Assembly: GCA_041667145.1 (NCBI GenBank)
Contig: JBAYFP010000001.1
Span: 121,056-185,055, forward strand
Direction of reading: 5' to 3'
DNA: 64,000 bases
Source of the DNA: Minisyncoccota bacterium
GTDB taxonomy: Bacteria > Patescibacteriota > Minisyncoccia > Phycocordibacterales > UBA9973
Within the stretch, counting starts at the first letter, position 1. Each line of letters begins with the position of its first letter. Of the stretch, positions 29,545 through 39,647 are shown piece after piece. The notes below the pieces were generated by a model that worked only from the letters and a program-made list of their open reading frames with translations, was not told the DNA's origin and did not search any database. The position numbers and the translations under genes were made by a program.

Positions 29545-30534
29545 ATGTCCAATTTATATTCCAATTCAATTTTTTGGATTGATACAGATAAAGTAAAACC
29601 AAATCCATTTCAACCAAGACGAGATTTTGATGAAGCTCGTTTGCGAGATTTAGCTGACTCTATAAAACAATATGGAGTACTTCAGCCTCTTACCGTTTCT
29701 AGAGTAGAGGTAGAAAAAGAAGGAGGAGGTCTTAGTACAGAATATGAATTGATTGCTGGTGAACGCAGACTTCGTGCTGCAAAGATAGCAGGAGTATCTC
29801 AGGTACCAGTCATAATCCGTGAGGGAGATACTTCGATGATGAAGCTCGAACTCGCTATTATTGAAAATTTACAGCGAGAAGATTTAAACGTTGTAGATCG
29901 TGCTCGTGCCTTTTTTCGTCTTTCAAGTGAATTTAAATTTACTCACAATGAAATTGCTAAAAAAATGGGTAGAAGTAGGGAATATGTTTCAAATTCTTTA
30001 CGTATTTTATCCTTACCAGAGGAAATATTGAATGCTTTGTCAGAAGGGAAAATTACTGAAGGTCACACGAGACCGATCTTAATGCTTGTAGACCACAAGG
30101 AAGAACAAATGGTTTTATTTAAGGAGATTCTTTATAAGAAAATAACTGTACGCGAAGCAGAAGGGCTCGCAAGGAAAATAGCTTTTGACCGTGTACGTAA
30201 AAAAGAATTAATGCCGGATCCTGAGATAATGGAGCTTGAAGGAGAATTCCAAGATAAGCTTGGTACTCGTGTACATATAGATAGACATGAATTGGGCGGA
30301 CAAATTAAAATTGATTTCTTTTCGAATGAAGATTTGAGAACTATTTTAGATCTGATAAATAAAGGAAATATTGAAAAGAAACCAGGAGAAATGTTAGAGA
30401 ACTACATTGCGAAAAATACTGAACTCCCAGACGTTCCACATTTGGAAGAAGAAACTCCCTTAGATGACAGAACAAAAGAAGAGGTAAAAGAGGATGATAG
30501 TAAGCTTTACGACATCTCTAATTTTAGTGTTTAA
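29545..30534 (+). CDS. parB: ParB/Spo0J partition protein
   Basis: PNPFQPR, IAGERRLRA, IENLQREDL. Confidence 0.95.
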   Translation: MSNLYSNSIFWIDTDKVKPNPFQPRRDFDEARLRDLADSIKQYGVLQPLTVSRVEVEKEGGGLSTEYELIAGERRLRAAKIAGVSQVPVIIREGDTSMMKLELAIIENLQREDLNVVDRARAFFRLSSEFKFTHNEIAKKMGRSREYVSNSLRILSLPEEILNALSEGKITEGHTRPILMLVDHKEEQMVLFKEILYKKITVREAEGLARKIAFDRVRKKELMPDPEIMELEGEFQDKLGTRVHIDRHELGGQIKIDFFSNEDLRTILDLINKGNIEKKPGEMLENYIAKNTELPDVPHLEEETPLDDRTKEEVKEDDSKLYDISNFSV

Positions 30535-32003
30535 TTACGACCAAAGGATTTAAGTTTAGAAAGTAAACTATTCTTTTCTAAATAGGATCTTATATTTTTT
30601 CTTGCAGAATTTGTTTTAGCAAATTCAAGCCATTTAGAAGATGGATGAGAATCTTTTTTAGTAATTATTTCTATGATATCTCCATTCTTTAACTTTGAAA
30701 GGATTGGAGCAATTTTACCATTAACTTTTGCGCCAAAAATATGATTGCCTATATCGGAATGTATCGAATAGGCAAAATCTATTGGACTAGAATCTTCAGG
30801 TAAGTCGACAACGTCGCCCATTGGTGTGAAAATAAAAATACGGTCATTAAAGAAATCAGTCTTTAGATGTTCCAAATAATTTTTTGGGTCGTCTAATTCG
30901 TAATTAAAATTTTTCAATTCTTCAATCCATTTAAACTGTTCATTTTCCTGACGTTTATCTTCTTTACCCATGCCTTCTTTGTAAGTGAAATGTGCAGCTA
31001 TACCATAAGCTGCTTCAGCATGCATTTGTTTTGTTCGTATTTGAATCTCTGCTACTCCTCCTGAACCAGTAAAGATCGATGTGTGGATTGAACGATATCC
31101 GTTAGGCTTAGGCACTGCTATATAGTCTTTGATTCGTCCTGGTAATGGTTTCCAAATGGAATGAATTATTCCAAGGACTCTATAACATTCTTCGACATTT
31201 TCTACGACGACACGAAGTGCTACTATGTCATGTATTTTATCTATTTCCATCCCATGTTTTACTAACTTTTTCCAAAGACTATATTTATGCTTAAGTCTAT
31301 AATTTATTTCAGAAACTTTTATTTTATTTTTAGACAATTCTTTTTGAAGTTCTTTTGATACTTCTTCTAAATATTCTTCATATCGTCCTTGTTTTTGTTT
31401 TAGAATTTCTTCTACTTGTGCATATTCTTTGGGATAAGCATAAGGAAAAGCAGCATCTTCTATTTCACCTTTAAGTTTTCCCATTCCAAGACGATTGGCA
31501 AGAGGAGCATAGACTTCAATGGATTCTACCGCTATTCTTTCTCTTTTATCTTCTCTTATATGTTCTAATGTATGAAGATTGTGCAATCTATCAGCAAATT
31601 TGATGATAACTACACGTAGGTCATTCGTCATTGCTACGAAAAATTTTCTTAAACTTTCTATATGTCTTTCGTGTCCACGATATTTTAGAGTTCCGAGCTT
31701 TGTGACCCCATTTACTAAAAAAACTATTTCTTCTCCAAATTCTTTTTTTAGTTCTTCTTCTGTTATTTTTGTATCTTCTAAAACATCGTGCAACAGCCCA
31801 GCAACTATAGTTTCTGTATCCATTCTGAGTTTGGCCAATGTCTTAGCAGTTTCAAAAACATGAATAAAATATGGGTCTCCACTCATTCTTTTCTGTCCTT
31901 CATGCGCACGCTTTGCAAACTTATAAGCCTTTCTTATTAGCTCTTCATCTTTTTTACTGAGTTTTTCTACTATTAGATTAAATATTTCTTGCAAGTCTGC
32001 CAT
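30531..32003 (-). CDS. RelA/SpoT-family (p)ppGpp hydrolase/synthetase with TGS domain, short form
   Basis: HEGQKRMSG, LLHDVLED, ADRLHN, PKPNGYRSIH, EIQIRT, DFAYSIH. Confidence 0.93.
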   Translation of the reverse strand: MADLQEIFNLIVEKLSKKDEELIRKAYKFAKRAHEGQKRMSGDPYFIHVFETAKTLAKLRMDTETIVAGLLHDVLEDTKITEEELKKEFGEEIVFLVNGVTKLGTLKYRGHERHIESLRKFFVAMTNDLRVVIIKFADRLHNLHTLEHIREDKRERIAVESIEVYAPLANRLGMGKLKGEIEDAAFPYAYPKEYAQVEEILKQKQGRYEEYLEEVSKELQKELSKNKIKVSEINYRLKHKYSLWKKLVKHGMEIDKIHDIVALRVVVENVEECYRVLGIIHSIWKPLPGRIKDYIAVPKPNGYRSIHTSIFTGSGGVAEIQIRTKQMHAEAAYGIAAHFTYKEGMGKEDKRQENEQFKWIEELKNFNYELDDPKNYLEHLKTDFFNDRIFIFTPMGDVVDLPEDSSPIDFAYSIHSDIGNHIFGAKVNGKIAPILSKLKNGDIIEIITKKDSHPSSKWLEFAKTNSARKNIRSYLEKNSLLSKLKSFGRN

Positions 32004-32023
32004 AATAATATTATAGCACCTTT

Positions 32024-34324
32024 TTATTTTATTTTATTTAGTTTGTCAGGACGATTATTGGGACATTTATTATTACTACATCTTTCAGGAATTGTTTTTG
32101 TACCTTCCATCATCAAGGAACCACATTTATCACAAATTTTACCTGTAGGTTTTGCTTTGATAGCAAATTTACAATCAGGATAATTTGAGCAGGAATAAAA
32201 TATGCCAAATCTTCCACGTCTTTCAGAGATATCTCCTTTTTTACATAGAGGACAAATCACACCAGTTCTTTTTCTCGCTTCTTCTGCCTCATCTTTCTTT
32301 ATGAATTTACACTTCGGATAACGTGAACAGGAGATAAAAGTACCTGTACCGTCACGTCTTTGTTTGATTATAAGTTTTCCACCACCAGATTTTCCCTTTT
32401 TTTCTCCACATTCTGGACACATTTCGCCAGTTTCCTTTGGGCCTTCAAGTTCTGTGCCGTCTAATCTTAATGCTCCATCGCAATCAGGATATTTAGAACA
32501 GGAATAAAATTTACCTCCACGGGAAAGCTTGATGATCATACTACTACCACATTTAGGACATTTAATATTTTCTGGTGCGTCACCTAAATTTGTTGCTTTT
32601 TCTAATTTTTCTTTTATTTTTACTTCTTTTGAAAAAGGACCATAAAAATCTTTAAGAGTTTTTTCATATTCACGTTCTCCTCTAGAAATTTGATCAAGTT
32701 CATCTTCCATCTCTGCGGTAAAAGTATCAGAAATATAATTTGCAAAGTTTTTTTCCAAGAAATCAGATACGACTTCACCGACGTCGGTGGGAAAGAGAGT
32801 CTTATTTTCCTTTCTTACATATTCTCTATCCTCCAAGGTTTTCATTATAGATGCGTAGGTGGAAGGTCGGCCTATGTCTCTTGATTCAAGTTCTTTAATC
32901 AATCCAGCTTCACTATATCTATTTGGTGGTTCAGTAAATTTTTCTTCTTTAATAAGATTTAATAATTTTAATTTTTCTCCTTCTTTTACTTCGGGTAATT
33001 CGATATCTTCTCCAACACTATCTTTATCTACTAGAAGCCAACCAGTAAATAAAATTCTTGAGCCAGTAGCAGAGAAATCAGGGAATTTGAACTCCTGAGA
33101 CGTTGGACGTCTGGATTCTGTATCGGCTTCCAGACGTCCAACGTCTGGGGTTATGTTTGCACTTATTTTCGTCTTTAATAATTTTGCATCAGACATTTGT
33201 GAAGATACTGTACGTTCCCAAATTAATCTATAAAGTCTTTGCTGCTCCTCTGTCCCAGCTTGAAGATTTTCTATATGGGTAGGACGAATAGCCTCATGTG
33301 CCTCCTGAGCATTTTTTGATTTAGTTTTATAAATTCTAGCTTGTGCATACTTACTACCATATTTTTTTTCTACAAGAGAAACTATTTGAGCTTGAGCGAC
33401 AGCAGATAAATTTGTACTATCTGTTCGCATATATGTGATGTGTCCTGCTTCGTATAGTTTCTGCGCTATTTGCATAGTTCTTGAAGGGGAGTAGCCAAGT
33501 CGTGAGCTTGCTGTTTGTTGTAATGTAGAAGTAGTGAAAGGTGCACGAGGAACTCTTTTTTGTTCTGATTCTTTTACTTCTTTCACTATCCAATCTTCTT
33601 TTTTACCCAATTCGAGAATTTTTTCAACTAATTTTTCATCTCTTGGTTCTTCTACACAAACAAGAGTAATTTTTTCCCCTCCTGCCTGAGGAGGGGTGCC
33701 TTTTAAGGCGGGGTGGTGGGAGGTTTCAAAAAGTCCTAAAAGTTTCCAATATTTTTCAGGAATAAATGCACGAATTTCTCGTTCACGTTCCATTATGATA
33801 CGAAGCGCAGGGGATTGAACTCTTCCAGCTGAAAGTCCATAACGTACTTTTTTCCAAATAAGACCTGAAAGATCATATCCTACGAGTCTATCGAGTACTC
33901 GTCTTGCTTCTTGGGCTTTTCTTAGGTTTGTATCTATATCACGAGGGTGCTTTAAAGCTTCTTCCACAGCGTCTTTAGTAATTTCATAAAAAACTACCCT
34001 TTTTATAGGGGCTTTTATTCTTTTGCTTTTCTTTAATAATTCTTCAATATGCCAAGCGATAGCTTCTCCTTCACGATCAGGGTCTGTTGCTAAAAGTATT
34101 TCATTTGCTTTTTCTCCGAGAGATTGAAGTTCATGGACAACTTTTTCTTTACCTTTAGAAATTTCGTAATGTGGTATAAATCCACCTTCTATATCGATAG
34201 CTATTTTATTTGATTTTGGTAAATCACGAATATGTCCAATAGAAGCACGTACTGTGTACGCACCTTCTAAATATTTTTCAATAGTCTTTGCTTTTGATGG
34301 TGATTCTACAATTAAAAGTTTCAT
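32024..34324 (-). CDS. topA: DNA topoisomerase I with C-terminal zinc ribbons and two in-frame palindromic insertions
   Basis: IVESPSKA, DPDREGE, SAGRVQ, ITYMRTDS, GRPSTY. Confidence 0.98.
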   Translation of the reverse strand: MKLLIVESPSKAKTIEKYLEGAYTVRASIGHIRDLPKSNKIAIDIEGGFIPHYEISKGKEKVVHELQSLGEKANEILLATDPDREGEAIAWHIEELLKKSKRIKAPIKRVVFYEITKDAVEEALKHPRDIDTNLRKAQEARRVLDRLVGYDLSGLIWKKVRYGLSAGRVQSPALRIIMEREREIRAFIPEKYWKLLGLFETSHHPALKGTPPQAGGEKITLVCVEEPRDEKLVEKILELGKKEDWIVKEVKESEQKRVPRAPFTTSTLQQTASSRLGYSPSRTMQIAQKLYEAGHITYMRTDSTNLSAVAQAQIVSLVEKKYGSKYAQARIYKTKSKNAQEAHEAIRPTHIENLQAGTEEQQRLYRLIWERTVSSQMSDAKLLKTKISANITPDVGRLEADTESRRPTSQEFKFPDFSATGSRILFTGWLLVDKDSVGEDIELPEVKEGEKLKLLNLIKEEKFTEPPNRYSEAGLIKELESRDIGRPSTYASIMKTLEDREYVRKENKTLFPTDVGEVVSDFLEKNFANYISDTFTAEMEDELDQISRGEREYEKTLKDFYGPFSKEVKIKEKLEKATNLGDAPENIKCPKCGSSMIIKLSRGGKFYSCSKYPDCDGALRLDGTELEGPKETGEMCPECGEKKGKSGGGKLIIKQRRDGTGTFISCSRYPKCKFIKKDEAEEARKRTGVICPLCKKGDISERRGRFGIFYSCSNYPDCKFAIKAKPTGKICDKCGSLMMEGTKTIPERCSNNKCPNNRPDKLNKIK
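33098..33146. repeat. Family B hairpin in frame in topA (DVGRLEADTESRRPTS)
   Basis: Perfect 18-bp arms AGACGTTGGACGTCTGGA/TCCAGACGTCCAACGTCT, 13-nt loop. Confidence 0.92.
33676..33720 (-). repeat. Family-A-like element in frame in topA (HHPALKGTPPQAGG)
   Basis: CCCCTCCT-N5-AGGAGGGG hairpin next to GCC-TTTTAA-GGC and CACCACCCC. Confidence 0.78.
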
Positions 34325-34363
34325 ATTTCCTAAGTATTACACGAAACATATTTTTTTTGCAAA

Positions 34364-35233
34364 CTAAGTTAATTTTATCTCACCCATTTCTTCTTTAATT
34401 AATTCTTTTATTTCCATCACTGAGAGTATAGCATTTGCATTGGCTGTAGGCATTTTCATTGCTCGAATCAGGTCATCACGCGGTACGGGTTCTCTAAGAA
34501 GACCCACTACTTTCTTTTCTTCCATTGATAGTTCATCAAACAGAGAAGCTTGTTTATTTTCATCTTTTTTCTTTTCAAACCCCAAGGCCTCTAATACATC
34601 CTCGGCACAGGTCACAGGTGTAGCCCCTTGATGAATTAATTTATTTGTGCCTTTTGAAGATGAAGAAAAAATTGATCCCGGTACGACGAGTACGTCTCTA
34701 TTATATTCGGTAGCAAGTCTGGCAGTGATAAGTGTCCCGGATCTCTCTTCAGCCTCTATAATGAGCACAGATTTAGAAATACCTGCCATAAGACGATTGC
34801 GCATAGGAAAGCTCCATTGAGTGGCTTTAAAATCAGGTTCAAATTCTGAAATTAAACATCCACCATTGTCTACAATTTCTTTCATTATTTTAACGTTAGT
34901 TTTTGGGTACATTGCTTCGGGAGAAAGCCCTGATCCGGGGAATACAAGAGTTCGAAGACCGATTTGCATCGCTTTTTTATGAGCTATTGTATCAATACCG
35001 ATAGCAAAACCAGAAACTATAGCTATCGGATAGCCTTTAAGTCCTGCAATTATTTTTTCGCAGGCATCCTTCCCATAAGAAGTAAATTTACGTGAGCCAA
35101 CTACACATAAATAAATAAGATCTTCTTCAGGAAGATCACCTATAATCCAGAGGTCTTCTGGTGGTTGTGGTATTTCTAAAAGTTGTTTAGGAAATTCATT
35201 TTTTGGTAATTTTTTTATTTCCACGCTTTTCAT
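34364..35233 (-). CDS. dprA: DNA-protecting protein DprA (start ATG 35233 or GTG 35224)
   Basis: VVGSR, VSGFAIGID, FPMRNR, SGTLITA; upstream of topA. Confidence 0.95.
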   Translation of the reverse strand: MKSVEIKKLPKNEFPKQLLEIPQPPEDLWIIGDLPEEDLIYLCVVGSRKFTSYGKDACEKIIAGLKGYPIAIVSGFAIGIDTIAHKKAMQIGLRTLVFPGSGLSPEAMYPKTNVKIMKEIVDNGGCLISEFEPDFKATQWSFPMRNRLMAGISKSVLIIEAEERSGTLITARLATEYNRDVLVVPGSIFSSSSKGTNKLIHQGATPVTCAEDVLEALGFEKKKDENKQASLFDELSMEEKKVVGLLREPVPRDDLIRAMKMPTANANAILSVMEIKELIKEEMGEIKLT

Positions 35234-35261
35234 TATACCAGCTTTGGTATATAATAAAAAT

Positions 35262-36527
35262 ATGTTAGATATAAAATTCATTCGTGAAAATAAAGACATT
35301 GTGCAAAAAGGCGCGAAAAAGAAACGCATAGAGATTGATATTGATAAACTCATTACGCTTGATGATGAACGATTAAAACAACTCAAAGAAGTCGAAGACT
35401 TAAGAGGGGAAGTTAATAAAGTTTCAAATGACATAGCTACTGAAAAAGATTCAACCAAAAGAATGCAGCTCATTGAAGAAATGCGTTCCGTAAAAGAAGA
35501 TATTAAATCTAAAGAAGAAAAACTAAAAGCAACCATAGAAGAGTGGCAGAAAGTGATGCTCCAAGTTCCAAATGTTCCAGATATTTCTGTTCCAGATGGA
35601 AAAAGTGATGAAGAAAACCTCGAAGTAAAATCTTGGGGAGAAAAACCCGTGTTTAATTTTACCCCAAAAGATCATATTGCTATTGTTGAAAGTCTTGATC
35701 TAGCTGATTTTGAGAGAGGCGCTAAAGTTTCAGGCTTTCGTGGATATTTTATGAAAAATGATGGAGCATTATTATTCTTTGCACTTTGGCAGTATTTTTT
35801 AGATTATTTTGTGAATCAAGGATACACTCCAATGATAGTGCCATCACTTGTAAGAAAGGAAACATTAATGGGTACAGGATATATACCTGGTGGCGAAGAT
35901 GATTTATATAAAACCCAAGATGGTGAATACCTTGCTGGTACAGCTGAAGTCGCAATGATGTCTTATTATTCAGGTGAAGTCTTGCCAAAAGAATCATTGC
36001 CGAAAAAATTTATTGCCTTTTCTCCATGTTTTAGACGTGAAGCTGGAGCACATGGTAAAGATGTAAAAGGTTTAATAAGAGTGCATGAATTTTTTAAGCT
36101 TGAACAGGTTTTGTTATGTGAGGCTTCTCATGAAGAATCAGCAAAATTACACGAAGAGATAACCTCTCATGTTGAGCATTTAATGCAAGAATTAGGTATT
36201 CCTTATCGTATTGTTGTTAATTGTGGGGGTGATCTAGGCTTAGGTCAAGTAAAGAAATATGATATAGAAGCTTGGATGCCTTCTCAGAATAAATACCGGG
36301 AAACGCATTCTTCTTCATATTTTCATGATTTTCAAACACGCAGATTAAATATTAAATATAAAGATCAAGATGGAAAATCAAAATATATTCATTCACTAAA
36401 CAATACTGCCTGTGCTACATCTAGACTCCCAGCTGCTATTTTAGAGAACTATCAACAAGCTGATGGTTCAATCAAAATTCCTGAAGTACTAAGGAAATAT
36501 ATGGGTGGAAAAGAATTTATAAAATAG
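35262..36527 (+). CDS. serS: Serine--tRNA ligase
   Basis: MLDIKFIREN, GTAE, CFRREAG, GLIRVHEFFKLE. Confidence 0.98.
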   Translation: MLDIKFIRENKDIVQKGAKKKRIEIDIDKLITLDDERLKQLKEVEDLRGEVNKVSNDIATEKDSTKRMQLIEEMRSVKEDIKSKEEKLKATIEEWQKVMLQVPNVPDISVPDGKSDEENLEVKSWGEKPVFNFTPKDHIAIVESLDLADFERGAKVSGFRGYFMKNDGALLFFALWQYFLDYFVNQGYTPMIVPSLVRKETLMGTGYIPGGEDDLYKTQDGEYLAGTAEVAMMSYYSGEVLPKESLPKKFIAFSPCFRREAGAHGKDVKGLIRVHEFFKLEQVLLCEASHEESAKLHEEITSHVEHLMQELGIPYRIVVNCGGDLGLGQVKKYDIEAWMPSQNKYRETHSSSYFHDFQTRRLNIKYKDQDGKSKYIHSLNNTACATSRLPAAILENYQQADGSIKIPEVLRKYMGGKEFIK

Positions 36528-36539
36528 CCAATAAATAGA

Positions 36540-37379
36540 ATGCAAAAAAGCGTTTTAGATTCTCCACGTCTTCATGAATTAAAAAAGAAAAGGCAACAAG
36601 TTTTATTAAAAAAAATATTGTCTTTAATATTAATATTCATTTTAATCTTGGTTGGTTTATCTTTTCTTTCCAAATGGCAAAAAATAAATATTAATAATAT
36701 CCAAATATCGGGAAATAAAGTTGTGGAAACTAAAGCGATAGAAGATTTAGTAAAGCAAAAGATCTCTGGAAATTATCTTTGGATTTTTCCAAAATCAAAT
36801 TTTTTACTTTATCCTGTAGGAGAGGTAAAGAGGGAACTAGCAAATAATTTTAAAAGATTGAAAAATATTTCTTTAAGTGTTCAAAACTTTCAAACATTAA
36901 ATATTTCCTTAGATGAAAGAACAGCATTATATACATATTGTGGTATTGCTCCTGCTGAATTAGATAGTAGTAATCAAAAGTGTTATTTTATGGACCAAGA
37001 TGGTTATATCTTTGATGAAGCTCCATATTTTTCAGGTGAAGTTTATCTAAAGTTTTATGGAAAAGCTGATTCTTATTTTTTTGAACCAAATTTTTCAAAA
37101 TTAATTTCTTTAAAAGAAACACTTCAAAAAATGGGCATAAAACCCGCCGTATTTTTTGTGGATGATACTGGTGATATAAAAATATTTCTTTCTTCCACAA
37201 CAACCCAGCTAGGTCCATTTATTGCTTTAAAAGCTGATGCTGATTTTACACAAATAGCAGAAAACCTACAATCAGTACTTACCACTGAACCACTGCAAAC
37301 TGATTTTAAAAATAAATATTCCTCACTTCTATACATTGACCTTCGGTTCGGGAATAAGGTATATTACAAATTCAGATAA
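36540..37379 (+). CDS. FtsQ/DivIB-like bitopic membrane protein
   Basis: Basic N-terminus, one TM, INNIQISGN (POTRA-like), YIDLRFGNKVYYK. Confidence 0.75.
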   Translation: MQKSVLDSPRLHELKKKRQQVLLKKILSLILIFILILVGLSFLSKWQKININNIQISGNKVVETKAIEDLVKQKISGNYLWIFPKSNFLLYPVGEVKRELANNFKRLKNISLSVQNFQTLNISLDERTALYTYCGIAPAELDSSNQKCYFMDQDGYIFDEAPYFSGEVYLKFYGKADSYFFEPNFSKLISLKETLQKMGIKPAVFFVDDTGDIKIFLSSTTTQLGPFIALKADADFTQIAENLQSVLTTEPLQTDFKNKYSSLLYIDLRFGNKVYYKFR

Positions 37380-38371
37380 TGAACTTCTGGGAAAAACTCG
37401 AAAAACCATTTTTCTGCCTTGCGCCAATGTCAGATGTCACTGATATAGCTTTTCGTCGCATATTAGCTAAGTATAGCAAGAATAGAGAAAACAAAAACAA
37501 AGTCGTTTTTTGGACTGAATTTGTGGCAGCTGATGGATTATGTAATAAACTCGCTAAAAAAAAGCTATCTCACATATTAAAATTTTCAGAATCTGAAAGA
37601 CCAATCGTAGCTCAAGTTTTTGGTGCTAATCCTGAAAATATGGAAAAAGCTTGTAGTTATATTGCAAGTCTTGGTTTTGATGGAATAGATATAAATATGG
37701 GTTGCCCAGATAAGTCAGTCGTAGCTCAGGGGGCCGGAGGAGCTTTAATAAAGACTCCGAAACTTGCTAGAGAAATCATACAAGCAGCTCAAAGAGGCAT
37801 AAGGTCTTCTGGAGCACATATTCCTTTATCAGTTAAAACAAGAATCGGTTTTAATAAAGAAGAAATAGATAATTGGATAGGGGAATTATTAAAAGAAGAT
37901 ATTTCTGCCCTAACTATCCACTTACGTACTGTTAAAGAATTATCACTTGTCGAAGCTCATTGGGATTTAATGAAAAGAATAGTTCAATTACGAAATAAAA
38001 TAAACCCAGAGATTTTAATAATTGGTAATGGAGATATCACAGATTTAAACGATGCAGAAAGTAAAGCATCACAATATAGTTGCGATGGGGTAATGATCGG
38101 TCGTGGAGTTTTTGGTAATCCGTGGTTTTTCACTAAACGCAGTTCTCCTAGTTTAGTTAGAGAAAAGTTAGAAATTTTAATAGAGCACACCCAAATTTTT
38201 GAAAAAGAACTTTTAAAACCTAAACATAAAAATTTTGCAGTTATGAAAAAACATTTCAAAGCGTATGTGAATGGTTTCGAGGGAGCAAAAGAATTACGCA
38301 CAAAACTAATGGAAACTCAAAATGCTAAAGAAGTGGAAAAAATTATAAATGATTTTTTAAAAACTATATAG
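37379..38371 (+). CDS. dus: tRNA-dihydrouridine synthase
   Basis: LAPMSDVTD, IDINMGCP, SVKTRIG, GNGDI, GVMIGRG. Confidence 0.95.
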   Translation: MNFWEKLEKPFFCLAPMSDVTDIAFRRILAKYSKNRENKNKVVFWTEFVAADGLCNKLAKKKLSHILKFSESERPIVAQVFGANPENMEKACSYIASLGFDGIDINMGCPDKSVVAQGAGGALIKTPKLAREIIQAAQRGIRSSGAHIPLSVKTRIGFNKEEIDNWIGELLKEDISALTIHLRTVKELSLVEAHWDLMKRIVQLRNKINPEILIIGNGDITDLNDAESKASQYSCDGVMIGRGVFGNPWFFTKRSSPSLVREKLEILIEHTQIFEKELLKPKHKNFAVMKKHFKAYVNGFEGAKELRTKLMETQNAKEVEKIINDFLKTI

Positions 38372-38383
38372 TATAATCATACT

Positions 38384-39436
38384 ATGCACGATTTGGCATT
38401 GTATCGTAAATATAGGCCTCAGAGCTTCAAGGAAGTCATTGGTCAGGATCATATAGTGAATGTATTAGAAAGCTCTGTAGAAACAAACAAAGTTTCGCAC
38501 GCTTATCTTTTTGTCGGTTCACGCGGTACTGGGAAAACTTCTGTCGCTAGAATTTTCGCTAAAGAAATAGGCGTATCCGTTAATGATCTTTATGAAATAG
38601 ATGCTGCTTCAAATAGAGGGATAGAAGATATCAGAGAGCTTCGTGATGGAGCTCGTGTCCTTCCTTTTGACTCAAAATACAAGGTTTACATCATAGATGA
38701 GGTTCATATGCTCTCAAAAGACGCCTGGGGGGCATTATTAAAAACTTTAGAGGAGCCACCAAAGCATGTCATCTTCATTTTGGCTACGACTGAAGTCCAT
38801 AAAGTACCAGAAACCATCATTTCTCGTTGTCAGGTATTTACATTTAGAAAAGCATCAGACATTGCTTCTAAAAAAATGGTTACAGATGTCGCAAAAAAGG
38901 AAGGTTATGAATTAGAAAGTGGAACAGCTGAGCTTATTGCGATTTTGGGAGACGGATCATTCCGTGATGCCTTAGGGACTTTGCAAAAAGTTTTAAATTT
39001 CTCTGTTGACTTAAAGGGCAAAAAAATAAATAAAATAAAAAGGGAAGATGTAGAGAAAATCACTGGCGCACCGAAGACAATATTAGTAAATGATTTTATC
39101 TCCGCTATAGCCGAGAAGAATTTAGAAAATGGAATCTTAACAGTAAGAAAAGCTGCAGCTGAAAATTTAGATATGAAGCTTTATGCAAAACTTATTATTG
39201 AAAAATTTCGCATGGCTGTGATTTTAAAATACGCACCTAAATTAGAAAAAGAAATGGCAGGGGATTTAGGGGAAGAGGATTTGGAATTCTTAAAAGGCCT
39301 AGTTAAAAGCGACAAAGAGGGCATTCTTCGCTCCACAGCTCTTTCTATCCTTCTAGAAGCTTATAACGACATAGATAGGGCATTCGTCTCAGAATTGCCC
39401 CTCGAACTTGCACTTGTGAGGATTCTCTCTAAATGA
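38384..39436 (+). CDS. dnaX: DNA polymerase III gamma/tau, short form
   Basis: LYRKYRPQ, GSRGTGKT, IDAASN, DEVHML, SRC. Confidence 0.96.
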   Translation: MHDLALYRKYRPQSFKEVIGQDHIVNVLESSVETNKVSHAYLFVGSRGTGKTSVARIFAKEIGVSVNDLYEIDAASNRGIEDIRELRDGARVLPFDSKYKVYIIDEVHMLSKDAWGALLKTLEEPPKHVIFILATTEVHKVPETIISRCQVFTFRKASDIASKKMVTDVAKKEGYELESGTAELIAILGDGSFRDALGTLQKVLNFSVDLKGKKINKIKREDVEKITGAPKTILVNDFISAIAEKNLENGILTVRKAAAENLDMKLYAKLIIEKFRMAVILKYAPKLEKEMAGDLGEEDLEFLKGLVKSDKEGILRSTALSILLEAYNDIDRAFVSELPLELALVRILSK

Positions 39437-39451
39437 GATTGGTCCAAATTG

Positions 39452-39610
39452 TTATTCCTTACGGAACTTTACACCCAAAAAGTAAGGCCAGATAAATAAT
39501 GCTAGAACGCCTTTCCAAAACGATAGTCTCAAAAAGCCTATCGAAAAAAGCCATCCTATGCACCACAATGTACTAAACAACTCTTGGTTATTAATAATTA
39601 CTTTTTCCAT
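39452..39610 (-). CDS. 52-aa membrane protein (not in ORF track)
   Basis: MEKVIINNQELFSTLWCIGWLFSIGFLRLSFWKGVLALFIWPYFLGVKFRKE; TG-t-TATAAT 6 nt before ATG. Confidence 0.8.
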   Translation of the reverse strand: MEKVIINNQELFSTLWCIGWLFSIGFLRLSFWKGVLALFIWPYFLGVKFRKE

Positions 39611-39647
39611 AAATATATTATAACAAATTTAATTAAAATCATCATCA

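Noticed and set aside
35234-35536. 101-aa N-terminal extension of DprA in the ORF track
   Set aside because: It is antisense to serS; DprA-like sequence begins at 35233/35224
38132-38157. Possible small in-frame hairpin in dus (ACTAAAC...GTTTAGT)
   Set aside because: Only 7-bp AT-rich arms and no second copy in the window
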